Shown piece after piece: positions 12,571 to 25,690 of a stretch of 64,000 nucleotides of DNA. The stretch covers positions 51,584,001-51,648,000 of the forward strand of contig NC_043015.1 in NCBI RefSeq assembly GCF_006345805.1, in the 5' to 3' direction. Numbering within the stretch: position 1 is the first letter of the stretch; every line of letters begins with the position of its first letter. The DNA is from Octopus sinensis (taxonomy: Eukaryota). The position numbers and the translations under genes are program-made. The notes beneath the pieces are model-generated. The model did not search any database. It was not told the origin of the DNA and saw only the letters and a program-made list of their open reading frames with translations.

Positions 12571-12770
12571 CATGACCTCGTGTGTACCGTTGGCGATGTT
12601 TTATCCTCTGTCTTCCCTTCTCTGGATCTTTCCTTCTCCTATGTTTCCGACGAAGAGCTCCGCTCGAAACGTTAACCCCTCCTTCTTACCTTCTTTCCTG
12701 AGCGTCCAATAATACTATATTTGTTCCACGTCCTCGTGTTGTGTTTTTTTGTGCTTTCTTGTTTGGATTA

Positions 12771-12773
<3 letters not shown>
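12571..12773 (+). mobile_element. Hammerhead-bearing Penelope-type element, copy 2 (motif 12643-12677)
   Basis: Matches 1531-1738; runs into (TA)n. Confidence 0.75.
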
Positions 12774-12808
<35 letters not shown>

Positions 12809-12944
12809 ATATATATATATATATATAATATAACGGGAAGCTTTATGAAATTAGACAAAAGACGAAGGCAGGTGGAATACAAACAAACAATTGTATTAGT
12901 ATGGCGCTCAGGAATATAAATATATATATATACATATATATACT

Positions 12945-13170
12945 TTTTCTGTTATTTGTTTCAGTCATTTGACTGCATCCACGCAGGAGTACCGCATTTA
13001 GTCGACCAAATCGATCGACCCCTGGCCTTATTTTTTGCAAGCTTAGTACTTATTCTATCGGAGCCTTTTACCGAACCGCTAAGTGACTTACCCAAGATGC
13101 CACGCAGTGGGAAGAAACCTAGAACCATGTGGTTGGTAAGCTACTTACCACACAGCCACTCTTGCACCTA
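12945..13170 (-). mobile_element. SINE-A, internally deleted
   Basis: tttcagtcatttgactgc tail and cttaccacacagccact head in reverse orientation. Confidence 0.75.
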
Positions 13171-13452
13171 TGTATAGTTCAGTAGATACTTTTCTTCAGA
13201 GCGGATCAGTTGCTGAAACTTTCAGCATTTGCAATTTTTTCACTTGTGATATCGGTCAATACATACATATATGCGTACACGAGCACGTGCGTGCACATAT
13301 TCACACACATAAACGTTTACACAGAAGAACATATATTCATGCACGTAGGTACATATACACTCGTATGTATATACATATCTTTACATATACATATATATAT
13401 GTATACATACATACATATATATGTATGTATATATATATATATATATACACAC

Positions 13453-13483
<31 letters not shown>

Positions 13484-13484
<1 letters not shown>

Positions 13485-14135
13485 CCTTAAATCCTTAAAT
13501 CCTTAAAAATGTTTAGCCCGAAGGCCGCGGCATGCTGGGGCACCACCGCTGAATGAGCTACACTAGTTTGTGAATCCACCCTGATACGTGGCACTTGATC
13601 AACAAGGGAGTTCGATGCTGCTGCCCGCATCCGTGTCTCCTGTCGTGAGGTAGGTTCATCTGGGACTCCCAACAAGAAGAGATCCAGTTTAGTTTTAAAG
13701 AAAACCCACATCCACACCATGTAAGTCTCTCAGGCATTTAGGGAGGATGTTAAAGAGCTGTGGTCCTCTGAAACCCAAGCTGTTGCAGTATCTGGACCTG
13801 TATTTTGATGGTGATGTTGGAATCCTTGGCACCAGCAGCGGCGCCCCGTTCTGCGGTTGGAGTAACTTTGAATGCCAAAGTTTGGGACAAGACCCTCCAG
13901 GATTTTCCAGATGTATATCACTGCATATCTCTCCCGCCTCCGCTCCAGGGAGAAGAGGTTTAATACCTTCAGTCTTTCCCAGTAGCTGACATTTTGCATT
14001 GAGACGATTTTCTTTGTGTAGCTTCTCTGAGTTGCTTCGAGTTCTGCTGTTTGTTTTATATTGTGTGGTGACCAAAGTTGGGAGCAGTAGTCCAAGCGGC
14101 TGAGGACAAATGTTTTCCATAGGACCATCAGTGTC
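13484..14135 (-). mobile_element. 5'-truncated CR1/L2-group LINE, 3' end of ORF2 with 8-bp tandem tail
   Basis: LDYCSQLWSPH...LEATQRSYTKKI...YWERLKVLNLFSLERRRER, frameshift, then GPQLFNILP; tail of repeated GGATTTAA. Confidence 0.85.
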
Positions 14136-14144
14136 TCCTTCTCT

Positions 14145-14235
14145 CTTGTATATAAATATATATAAATATATAAATATATATAAATATATACATATATACA
14201 TATACATATATACTTTATTCATATATAGTTATATG

Positions 14236-14280
<45 letters not shown>

Positions 14281-14479
14281 CACACATATATATACATACA
14301 TATTACATATATACATATTCTATATTCTACATTAATATTATAAAGAATATAAATAAAACAAAAAACGGAGTTGGAATTTCTTTGAATAATATATACACAC
14401 CATATATACACACATATATATGTTATATATACATACATATATATATATATACATATCTATACACACACACATATATACA

Positions 14480-14563
<84 letters not shown>

Positions 14564-14857
14564 TATACACATATATATATATATGAATATATAGCTTCAT
14601 AAATTCATGCAATGAAATGTAAATATATTTAAAATACAGAGTGAGGAATTAAAGCACCAGTGAATCCATATTTGTTGTTCACACATAGGCACACACATAT
14701 CCATACAGAAATACATTAGGCGCGCGCACGTAGACACACACGTAGACGTGCGCACACACATACACATACACAAATATAAATATGTGTCAAAATACAGACT
14801 GACGTATGCAAATATAGACACATTAATATCCAATGAATATACGTGCTTATATATTGC

Positions 14858-14891
<34 letters not shown>

Positions 14892-14932
14892 ATATTTGCT
14901 TATATATCTATATATATTTATATATAGGTGTA

Positions 14933-14970
<38 letters not shown>
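14145..14970. repeat. (TA)n/(TACA)n-rich low-complexity field
   Basis: Direct observation. Confidence 0.9.
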
Positions 14971-14972
<2 letters not shown>

Positions 14973-14975
<3 letters not shown>

Positions 14976-15183
14976 GTTAAAGTTAATCGAAACAAGAAAG
15001 CACAATAAACAGAACAACGCGAGGACGTGGAACAAATATAGTATTATTGGACGCTCAGGAAAGAAGGAAAGAAGGAGAGTTTAACGTTTCGAGCGGAGCT
15101 CTTCGTCGGAAACATAGGAGAAGGAAAGATCCAGAGAAGGGAAGACAGAGAAAAAAAATCGCCAACGGTACACACGCGATCAG
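14973..15183 (-). mobile_element. Hammerhead-bearing Penelope-type element, copy 3 (motif 15079-15113)
   Basis: Reverse complement of 1531-1738; hammerhead motif identical to copy 1; abuts (TA)n. Confidence 0.75.
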
Positions 15184-15237
15184 ACATGTATATATATGTG
15201 TATATATATAGGCATATGTATGCCTGTGTGTATAAAG

Positions 15238-15313
<76 letters not shown>

Positions 15314-15485
15314 CACACATACACATGCATACACGAGTATATACTAAGCAAAATCATATTTCCTCGCATATACATATACACTCGCACATACACAAACACA
15401 CACACACATGCAAATACGAGTATATTTTAAACAAGAATCATATTTATTCACACACACACACACACACACACATACACACACACAC

Positions 15486-15518
<33 letters not shown>

Positions 15519-15869
15519 TAGACGAGCATATATTACAGAGGAAACATTCCAGAGGGGTTTGGGGCTTTTCCCTTATAAATACTCATCTACGTAATCCAGT
15601 CTATTAATCTTTTTCCAAAATGGAAGAATATTTTCAAATCTTCAGAACATTTGCGTATATGTAGTTCATGGCGGAATGTTGCCATTTTCCTGATCTTAGA
15701 TGCTAGCACCAGAATCCTAATGGCTTTTTCTATTTATGTTGTTTAGTAACAAGTGATCTGCAGCTAATCCCTTAGGAATCATGATTGGTACAGTTGTGAA
15801 GATTCTGTTTCGCTAACGATCTCGCTTAAAAGTATTAGAATATGGCGTCGTATCAATGAAGGAGATAAA

Positions 15870-16600
<731 letters not shown>

Positions 16601-16769
16601 TCTTAGAAGTTTTCTTTCAACTTTATTTCCCGTTCTTGCTTAGTGTCCTCCCGATACGTAGGACAAAGAAACTCACTGTATAACATTAGACAAGCCATTA
16701 GAACAAACACACCAGAATGTCCCTCTACAAAATCAAATAAAGACACTTTGAAACAAAATTATTTCCATG

Positions 16770-16925
16770 AATGGTAATCGTTCTCACAGCGACAATGGTC
16801 TTCTAAGTACGTGCGACGCATCATTGAAATGAAACCTTCTGCACTTCTGGCAACGATTGTAAACCATTCCCAGATATTCTCCGGTTCCTTTTCGGATAAT
16901 TCTTAACGCTCCAACAATCACTGGT
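16770..16925 (-). mobile_element. Decayed R4/Dong-type LINE C-terminal fragment
   Basis: Minus translation KAVITPVIVGALRII...ASHVLRRPLSL* resembles the Dong C-terminus seen at 45290-45426. Confidence 0.55.
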
Positions 16926-17059
16926 GTTATGACCGCCTTGAGATGCTATGTAGATAGTCTTTAACCTTCCCAGAACCCAAGAAGTTCGAAACTTGATTCA
17001 GTTTGAATTTTCTTACGAAACCAGTACAATTGGACTGGCCAAATATCTTGATGCAACCA

Positions 17060-17083
17060 ACGATATTATTATTTTTATTAATA

Positions 17084-17168
<85 letters not shown>

Positions 17169-17175
17169 TATATTA

Positions 17176-17206
<31 letters not shown>

Positions 17207-17223
17207 TATTATCATTGTCATTA

Positions 17224-17297
<74 letters not shown>

Positions 17298-17326
17298 CAT
17301 TATCATCATTATTATTATTATCATTG

Positions 17327-17369
<43 letters not shown>

Positions 17370-17374
17370 TATTA

Positions 17375-17418
<44 letters not shown>

Positions 17419-17488
17419 CATTATTATTATTATATTATTATATTATTATTATTATATCATTATCATTATCATTATTATTATATTATTA

Positions 17489-17519
<31 letters not shown>

Positions 17520-17671
17520 TATTATTATCATGTCATTATTATTATTTTATTCTTATTATTATTATTATATTATATTATTATTATTATTATTATTTATTAT
17601 ATATTATATTATTATTATTATGATTATTATTATTATTATTATTATTATTTATTATCATTATCATTATTATT

Positions 17672-17735
<64 letters not shown>

Positions 17736-17760
17736 TATTATTATCATTATTATTATTATT
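17060..17760. repeat. ~700-bp (ATT)n microsatellite
   Basis: Direct observation. Confidence 0.95.
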
Positions 17761-18316
17761 GAGTGAGAGAGCAGTGCATGCCATCAAAGTGACGCTGGGA
17801 TTAAATATACAAAGCACAGTATACCCATCGTGACTACCTGTCTGATAAGAGCACATGCATCACATGCCTCACAAACAAATGTGTGCAACATGGTGATCTC
17901 ATATCAAGATTAACAGCACATGACCTTGCAGGTGGGGCCCAATTAGAAATTTCTTCAGGTTGAATAGCTCATCCCACTCAAAGGATCCCTGATGAATAAG
18001 GATTCTTTAAGGATGTTGAACGAAAGACACATGTTTCCAGAGGTGAATTATCCAAACCCCAAAGAATTCCTCTTAACACATGGCTATGATGCTCCCCCAC
18101 TACTTCTGCTCGTGATCAGAGATGCACACCTCAGTCAGCCCCTAAGGACATGCTCAACTGGTTAAGGTCAAACACTGACAGCAAATCTGTGGTAACGAGT
18201 TAGAATATTTGCTGTAGCTCATCTCTTATACCAAGACAAAACATGTACATGATACACTTCCAATCAGTTAAGATCATAAGCCATGAGAGCCACTGCCTGG
18301 TACTGGCCATCAGGAC

Positions 18317-18320
<4 letters not shown>
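17761..18320. mobile_element. ~560-bp non-coding insert embedded in (ATT)n, probable microsatellite-targeting retroposon
   Basis: Complex sequence bounded sharply by ATT repeats on both sides; no ORF. Confidence 0.45.
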
Positions 18321-18347
<27 letters not shown>

Positions 18348-18509
18348 TATTATTATCATTATCAAGACGGCTAACTGCACGCCGGACAAAATGCTTAGCG
18401 GCATTTTGTTCGTCTTCCCATTCTGAATTCAAAATTCCGCCGTAGTCGGGGTCGATAAATTAAGTGCCAGTTGAACATTGGGGTCGATGTATCGAACCCA
18501 ATATTCCGA

Positions 18510-18870
18510 TGACGGCAGGGACATCCTTGGCGATCTCAATTCTCAGCTTTCCATATTCATCAATCTTTTATCTTTCTTTCATGATAATATGTTGATCTCC
18601 TGGCACAGCCACATCGAGTATTAGGTACTCTTGTTTGTCTCTCTTAAAGGTCATTATATCTGGCGTTCGGTGCCCTAACACCTTGTCTGTCTGGAAGTCA
18701 AAGGCCCACAGGATTTTTACTTTCCCCTTTTCGTCCATTACCTTTTCCGGTGTATGTTGGTACAAGCACTCTTTACCTTGTTGCCATACTTACGGCATAG
18801 TCGCCAGTGAAAGTGTTGGAGTACTTTGTCGTGTCTACGCTTGTACCCTTTCTGCGCTATGTTATGCTGT
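18510..18870 (-). mobile_element. R4/Dong-clade LINE fragment, restriction-like endonuclease region
   Basis: YKRRHDKVLQHFHWRLCRKYG...KILWAFDFQTDKVLGHRTPDI...ILDVAVPGD. Confidence 0.85.
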
Positions 18871-20145
18871 GTGATCGAACCAGGAACTCTGTGATTGCTA
18901 AACAAATTTCTTAACCATTCGGCCTTACTGTGCCTATGGTTAGTCATATGAACTATATAAAATATTCATTACATGAACCGGCTATTAAATACAGGTGTTG
19001 CGTTTATTTAAGATTTTAATCTGTTGATAATAAGACTGTTTGAGAATTAAGTGGCCTCTGGGCCCTTGGGAATAATTGATATTTTTAAGGTTTCTTGAGG
19101 TTCCCTGTTTTATTTCTATCGCCTTTTTCTGCCCGGTGGCAGGGGAAAACCACCCCGCCCGCCAACGATAAGATAGCTTCTTATAAAAATAGAAACAGAT
19201 AATGTTATGTTAGATTCAGGGCATGAACTCTCGTAAGACTATCTTAGTGTGAAAAGAGCCACTTACACCTCTACTTATGCTAGTCTCGTAAAAAAAACTA
19301 TACATGTAAGACGGTGTAACAAACATCTTTAATATTTCTATAAGTTATTTTGAAAAGAAAGCGTGACAAAAGAAGGAAAATAGAAGGGAGGGGGGCTGTG
19401 GGTTAAAAAATAAAGAATAAATAATGAAAAAACTCTACAGAACAAAATGGCTAATGTAAAGATCTGACGATATCACTTGCCGTATAAGTAATAACAGCCA
19501 TTTGTTATTTTTGCATTACACCCAAGATGGTTGCCAGTAAATCAATTCGCAGGAAATTTTTCAGTCTCCCGTGACGAAGTTTAATGTTTTCTCAGAAATG
19601 GCTAGGTGTGAGTTAAGGCACTTTAAGCAGCCGTTGGGATTTAAAGTAGAACCACTGACACCTTATTCGAGAACCTGCGTTAAAAATGCTGTTAATTCAA
19701 ACAAGCTTTCCTGCTGTAAACTGTCGCCATTTGTCAACGATTGTATTGTCTTAGAATATTAAACTACATTGACTCGCCGCAGGGAACCAAACTATATTTA
19801 CTAAAAACGAAAAAAGAAATCAGTTTCTATAGAAAATAACCTCTTGTGAATTGTTGTCTTTCATGTTTTATGACTTATTATTTCGTAGGATTTTCTGTTT
19901 TTTATCCCTGATTTTAATTGTTCTTCCAAAATAGATACTCTTTTGTATGGCTTCGTATTTTCTTTCTTGTTTCAGATTTTCTCCGGAAGTCTCCTTTTGG
20001 TTTAGAAGCACGCTTTGTAACCGCGTGCGTTTGGGTTCAGTTCCACTGTATGGCATCTTCTACAGGTGTCTTCTGTTACTGCTGCGTGATCACCCCAATG
20101 ACCTGTGAGTGAATTTGATAGACGGAAACTGTGTGGAAGCACGTC

Positions 20146-20186
<41 letters not shown>

Positions 20187-20384
20187 CGTATACGTGAGTG
20201 CCTTTGTGTTTATGTTTGTCTTTTCATCGCTTGACGTCCAGTGTTGTTTTGTTGGTTTGTTTACGTTTCCGCAAAAGAGATAGATGTATTAAGTACCAAA
20301 TTTATAAAAAGTAAGTACTCGTTTCGATTTGTCATACTGAACCCATCAAAGCCTTGCCCTAGCATGATCACAGTACTTCCAGTA

Positions 20385-20555
20385 GAAAGAATTTCGTCCG
20401 TCCTCACATTTTTTAGTTCAAATTCCTCCGAAGTCGACTTTTCCTTTCATCCTTTCGGGGCCAATAAAATAAGGAGCAGTCGAGCACTGGGGTCGATATA
20501 ATCGACTTAGTCCCTCCCCGAAATTGCTGGCCTTGTGCCAAAATTTGAAATCATT
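20385..20555 (+). mobile_element. SINE-M 3' part
   Basis: agttcaaattcctccgaagtcgact...ggccttgtgcc. Confidence 0.75.
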
Positions 20556-20576
20556 ATTACTGTTTCGACCCCTAGG

Positions 20577-20790
20577 ATTCATAGGGCCGGTTACCCAGTT
20601 TCCATGGCGTGTAAGTCACTGAAATCGCACTTTCCCTTTTGAACGAGAAGCCCGTCCGTCGCGGGGTTTCTCATGACCAGCTGAGTGAGCTGGAGCAAAG
20701 TGAAAGGAACTGCTTTGCTCAAGAACTCAAGGCACCGCCTGGTCCGGAATTTGAAACCACGATCTTGCAGTTGTGAGTGCACCCCACCCA
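20577..20790 (-). mobile_element. CORE-type SINE
   Basis: Minus strand ggtttcaaattccggacc...cttgagcaaagc...ccagctcactcagctg. Confidence 0.7.
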
Positions 20791-21224
20791 ACTACTAGCT
20801 CACACACTTTACTGCACATTCCATAAGCAATCAATTAGATATCACATTAGGTCCTTAATGAAGATTGGGTTCATTTACCCGAAGTTCATTACGTAACGTT
20901 AAAGGTTATATAAATAGAAACACAGCAACGAGACTACAATTAACCAGACAATTTGTTTCCACAAGTCCATAAATGTATGTAGAAATCTACACACGTTTCC
21001 GTTATTTAAAAAAAAGAAATGTCTAAAAGATTACCCAATTTTGTAGGAAAATTCAAATAGCTATAAACCAAATGTTGATCTTTTGAAACACCAATTATAT
21101 CGGCCACGCCACATTTTCAAATATAGTTTGGTATAATTTGTATATTAAATCGTCTCTAATCAGTTCTCTTTAAGAGAAAAAGAGGTTTATATATAGTATA
21201 ATGTAATGTAACATGACATATATA

Positions 21225-21259
<35 letters not shown>

Positions 21260-21383
21260 GAATGTATATGTATATATGCGTGTGTGTGTGTATAGATGTG
21301 TATATATGTATATATATATATATACATGAATATATATGTGTATATGTATATATGTATACGTGTATATATATATATTATATATG

Positions 21384-21572
21384 TGTGTGTGGAGAATTCA
21401 CAAAAAAAAAGACGAAGACAGGTGGAGTAGACAACAAACAGATGTATTAGTATAATGCACGGGAAGTGAAAAAGTCTTTTACGTTTCGAGCTTACGCTCT
21501 TCCACAGAGAAGAAGAGAAATAAACAGGGTGAGAAAATAAAGAATGTGTAGTGGCTAGCAATCTATCATGGC
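21384..21572 (-). mobile_element. Second Penelope-type non-coding element with variant hammerhead motif
   Basis: Minus strand CTGTGGA-a-GAGC(gtaa)GCTC-GAAA-cgta; embedded in (TA)n; related fragment at 12830-12915. Confidence 0.55.
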
Positions 21573-21574
21573 GA

Positions 21575-21592
21575 ATATCCATATATATATGC

Positions 21593-21623
<31 letters not shown>

Positions 21624-21634
21624 ATATATTATAT

Positions 21635-21679
<45 letters not shown>

Positions 21680-21772
21680 CTATATATATATGTACACATA
21701 TGTATATATATATATGTGTGTGTGTGTATATATATATATATGTATATATATACATGCATATATATATATATA

Positions 21773-21834
<62 letters not shown>

Positions 21835-21963
21835 GTGTATGTATATACATATATATAAGTATATATATATATACATATGTGTATGGATATGCATGTACAT
21901 ATATATATGAGTATATGAATATATATATACATATGTATATATCCATCTCTCACTCTCTCTCAC

Positions 21964-22008
<45 letters not shown>
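21575..22008. repeat. (TA)n/(TG)n field
   Basis: Direct observation. Confidence 0.95.
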
Positions 22009-22009
<1 letters not shown>

Positions 22010-23205
22010 AGGTCATCCCATAAGTTTTGTCCGATTTTATCTTTTTTAAAATTGAATGAAATTTAATAGTATTTTAGTATGTCTAATAAAATCAAAAATG
22101 ATTTTTATGCATTTGTGTACATTTAAACTAATTAAATATCATTTCACAGAATAATAAAATTTAAATTTCTTTGATTTAAACCCTTTTAAACATGGAAGTA
22201 TCCAAAGAGCATTTGAGGCGCATAATACTTTATTAGTGCAAAAAAGGAAACTCTGCAGCCGAGGCAACTCGAAACATACACTCAGTTTATGGGAAAGTAT
22301 GCTTGAATGAAAGAACTTGCAGTAATTATTATGCAAAATCCAGAAATGGAGATTTCAGCCTTGAAGATGAAGATCGAAAAGGACGTCCAGTTGAGTTTGA
22401 TGATAAGCTCCTTGAGGCATTACTTTAAGAAAATCTTGCATTATCAGTTGAAGAATTGGCAATAAAGCTTAATTCAAACCATACAACTGTTCATTGTTAT
22501 CTTCAACATCTTGGAAAGGTTCTTAAACTTGGAAAATGGATTCCTCATGAATTATCCGAAAGCAACTGCAAATCCCGAGTTGACATCTGCCCTTCTCTCC
22601 ATTCTCGCAAACTCATTTCACCCTTCTTGGATAGATTTGTGACTTATAACGAAAAATGGATCTTCTATCGAAATGTTAAATGTTGTAAACAGTGGCTTAG
22701 TAAAAGGAAAAACGCTCAACCACAACCGAGAAGGGAATTTCATGGGAAAAAAAGTTGTCTCTGGTGGGATTGCAAAGCAGTAATTCGCTTTGAATTGTTA
22801 CCACCTAATGCAATAATCAATGCTCAAGTCTACTATCAGCAATTAGAGCGTTTGAACCAAGCTTTGAAGATAAAAGTCCCGCTTTAGTGAATTGAAAATG
22901 AGTGATGTTTCATCAGGACAATGCACGACCCCACACCCCAAAGATCACATCACAGAAGATCGAAGGGAAAACGTTCCTCGTTCACCTTATTCTCCCGACC
23001 TTGCTCCTTCAGACTACCATTTGTTTCGTAAGTTACAGAATCATTTGGGGGACCTAACTTTCGCAAGCCAGGAGGAAGTCGAAACTGACATTTCAGAGTT
23101 CTTCGCTTTGAAACCAAAAGAGTTTTACATCGATGGCATTAAAAAGCTCGTAAACAGATGGAAGGATGCCATAGATAATCAGGGAAAGTACAATGATGAT
23201 TAAAT
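22009..23205 (+). mobile_element. Mariner (DD34D) transposon; transposase pseudogene 22192-23203; 3' TIR missing
   Basis: MEVSKEHLRR HTH region, EDEDRKGRP, WIPHEL, HQDNA, YSPDLAPSDYHLF; stops and frameshifts; 5' TIR-like ggtcatcccataagttttgtccg. Confidence 0.95.
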
Positions 23206-23228
23206 TTCAATTTAATCATCATTGTACT

Positions 23229-24060
23229 GTTCATTCTTTACAACTAGCACTTGGTATTCTTGGTCATCAACACGCATACCATCAAAATGCAATGACCAGT
23301 TTTCTAAATGTAGTGTTTTCTTCATTTTCTTTTCATAGTCGATCTGTAAATACCAGATTGGAAAGGAGTATCGACATTGATGCCATCTTGAGATAATTGT
23401 CGACAAACTGTTGCTGCTTTTTGAGTTGATAGTTTGGAAGATATTACTAACTTGGTTGCAGTTCCAGTTTTGCAATATGTCCTCCTTGTTTGTGTGGATT
23501 CTTCATCTGATTTTTCGGACCCTTGATATTCAGTTTCAGTCTCTGCTTCAGACGTTGATGAAGACACTGGAGTTGCTCTGGTTGAAGTTAGCATTTAGGA
23601 CACTTTTCTCTTTTGGATGGATGGATAGTTTTGGAACTGGCTGATTTCCAGTTGCATACTCAACCTGTTTCTTGCTTTCAATTTGAAGATAATATAACTT
23701 TCTATCCTCACTGCACAGCCTTGCACCGTTTTCCTTTGTGATATCAAAATTTCCTTTCAATGAATCGTATTTTCCTCGTTTTACACATTTATCGTAGGTA
23801 TTCAGCACTTTTTCTACTTTTTCTTGTACATTTTGAATTGATAAATATGAAAAATTTAATTTCTTTTGCCATAAAAAAAGTTACTTCTTTCGAAATTTCC
23901 TTTCCTTCCTTTGATACCTCCAAGGAACAGGTAGCGTCCGACAATTTGAAGTTGCCTTGGTATCCTGCAGTTGTTTTCTAAAGAAGGCTCTTCGAGAGGA
24001 ACAGGTTATGGTTTCCTAAGTGAGTCTTGAAATTGCATGAGATTCTTCGTCCAGATTTTT
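23229..24060 (-). pseudogene. N-terminal half of a decayed DNA-transposase-like ORF; superfamily uncertain (hATm-like?)
   Basis: Frameshifted pieces EDRKLYYLQIESK, KLSTQKAATVCRQLSQDG, WSLHFDG; truncated at the fold-back junction. Confidence 0.55.
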
Positions 24061-24907
24061 TTGTTTCTTTGAGTGACACAAGCAAGTCTCTTATGAGACA
24101 TTATTTTAGATACTCTAATTGGATAAGCCTACTATTCTGAAAATCCATTAATACAGTCAAAGATTTTAGCGCCACAAAAATAAAAAGGAAAGGAAGAGGA
24201 TATTTCCTAAAGTAGGGCCTAAGTTGTAACAAATTAAAAACTAATTGAACTTGAAAGCTGAAATTTGAGATATAATGCTTCTGTATTGCATTAAGTCAGC
24301 ACACCAAGTTTGGTAAAAACCTGAGTAGGCGTTATGAATCCCCTTAGAATTTTGCATTATTTGAGTCAAAAGTGGTGTTAGATTCCTTCAGATGGAGTGA
24401 CGTTTTTTAAAAAACTTTAAAAGTTTAGCAGAGTCAGTGGAGCATGGGATATGAGGATTCGCGCATTGAGTTCAAATCTGGCTGATGTCAACTTGGTTTT
24501 TTATCCTATCAGGGTCGATGACAGAACTGTTAGAGTATCCGATGCGATGCCCGTATGTAGCTGTGTTTGCTCTTAACGTTCGGAATGTGCCGACACTGGT
24601 ACCAAGCTGTATCGGTGGTCCTTCTCTTGGTCAGCATCAGCAACGTAGAAAGAAGAGGCTTGTATCTGCAGGTAAGAGTTAGTCTTCCCTAAAGAACCTC
24701 GCCCAATCCTGCTTACACATAGAGATGTATATACATTATCAACCCGAGTCAACGGAGACTTCTTATGGTATTACCACAATTGAATTACTAAATATGTCGA
24801 TGTTGTTGCTATGTTGTTTAGGCCCAGAGCAGGTCTTTTCGTGCCGACTTATGAAAAGCCGACAATCTGTAAACTTCCCATCATCTATGATTGCATTATC
24901 TAATGTG

Positions 24908-25040
24908 TCCGAGGTCGACTTTGCCTTTCATCCTTTCGGGGTCGATAAAATAAGCAACAGTTGAGGACTGGGATTGATGTAATTGACTAGCCTCCTTTCC
25001 ACAAATTTCAGGCCCTATGTCTATATTAAAAAGGATTATC
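24908..25040 (+). mobile_element. SINE-M 3' part
   Basis: ccgaggtcgactttgcctttcatcctttcggggtcgataaaataag. Confidence 0.8.
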
Positions 25041-25142
25041 TAATGTGTTCCCCCCTATTTAAAAGGACTCTCCTTATAGCCTGTCCGATTCATGTCAACA
25101 TTTAAAAAAACGGGTGTTAAAATATTGCTGAGAAACTTGCTT

Positions 25143-25690
25143 TCACAGTATAGAAGCATTTCTTATGGCACTAGCACAGAAAATGGAAAAGGCGTTGCCC
25201 CGGAGATTAGCAAGGAAAGTGCTCTGGAACAGCCAGTCTGACTCACCAGGTTCGCACATACAGACAGCAATTTCTACCACAAAACCGGTGATCACGGATA
25301 CGCTCCGGGGACTGAGAACGCCAGAGGTCTGAACTGCTACAGGCTCGACCATAGACCTCCTAGAGAGCGACCGAAAACCTTGACAGTTTCTTTTCTCCAT
25401 CTGTCATTTCTCTTACCCAAATACAGACAGTCTTGTCTCTCACAATGTAAAAACATTTCTCACAGCACAAGCAGACAAAATGGAAAAGGCATTGTCCTGG
25501 AAGATAGCGAGGAAGATGCGCAAGAACAGCTATTCTAACTCACAGGGGTTACACTTGCGGGCAGCAGTCACTGCTCCGACAGCAGAGAACAGGGATATGG
25601 TCCGGGGTCCAAGAACGCCAGAGGTCTAAACTGTCACAGACTCGACCATAAATCTGTCAGAGAGTAACAGATATCTTGACAGTTTTTAAA
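25143..25690 (-). mobile_element. Two tandem diverged 3' fragments of a CRE/NeSL-like RLE non-LTR element
   Basis: Both translate like the RLE C-terminus: EPVAVQTSGVLSPRS...EPGESDWLFQSTFLANLRGNAFSI and ESVTV*TSGVLGPR...LFLRIFLAIFQDNAFSI. Confidence 0.7.

Noticed and set aside
24485-24682. Exon-like ORF ending near GCAG|GTAAGA
   Set aside because: Sequence resembles decayed SINE-M and CORE-SINE 3' regions
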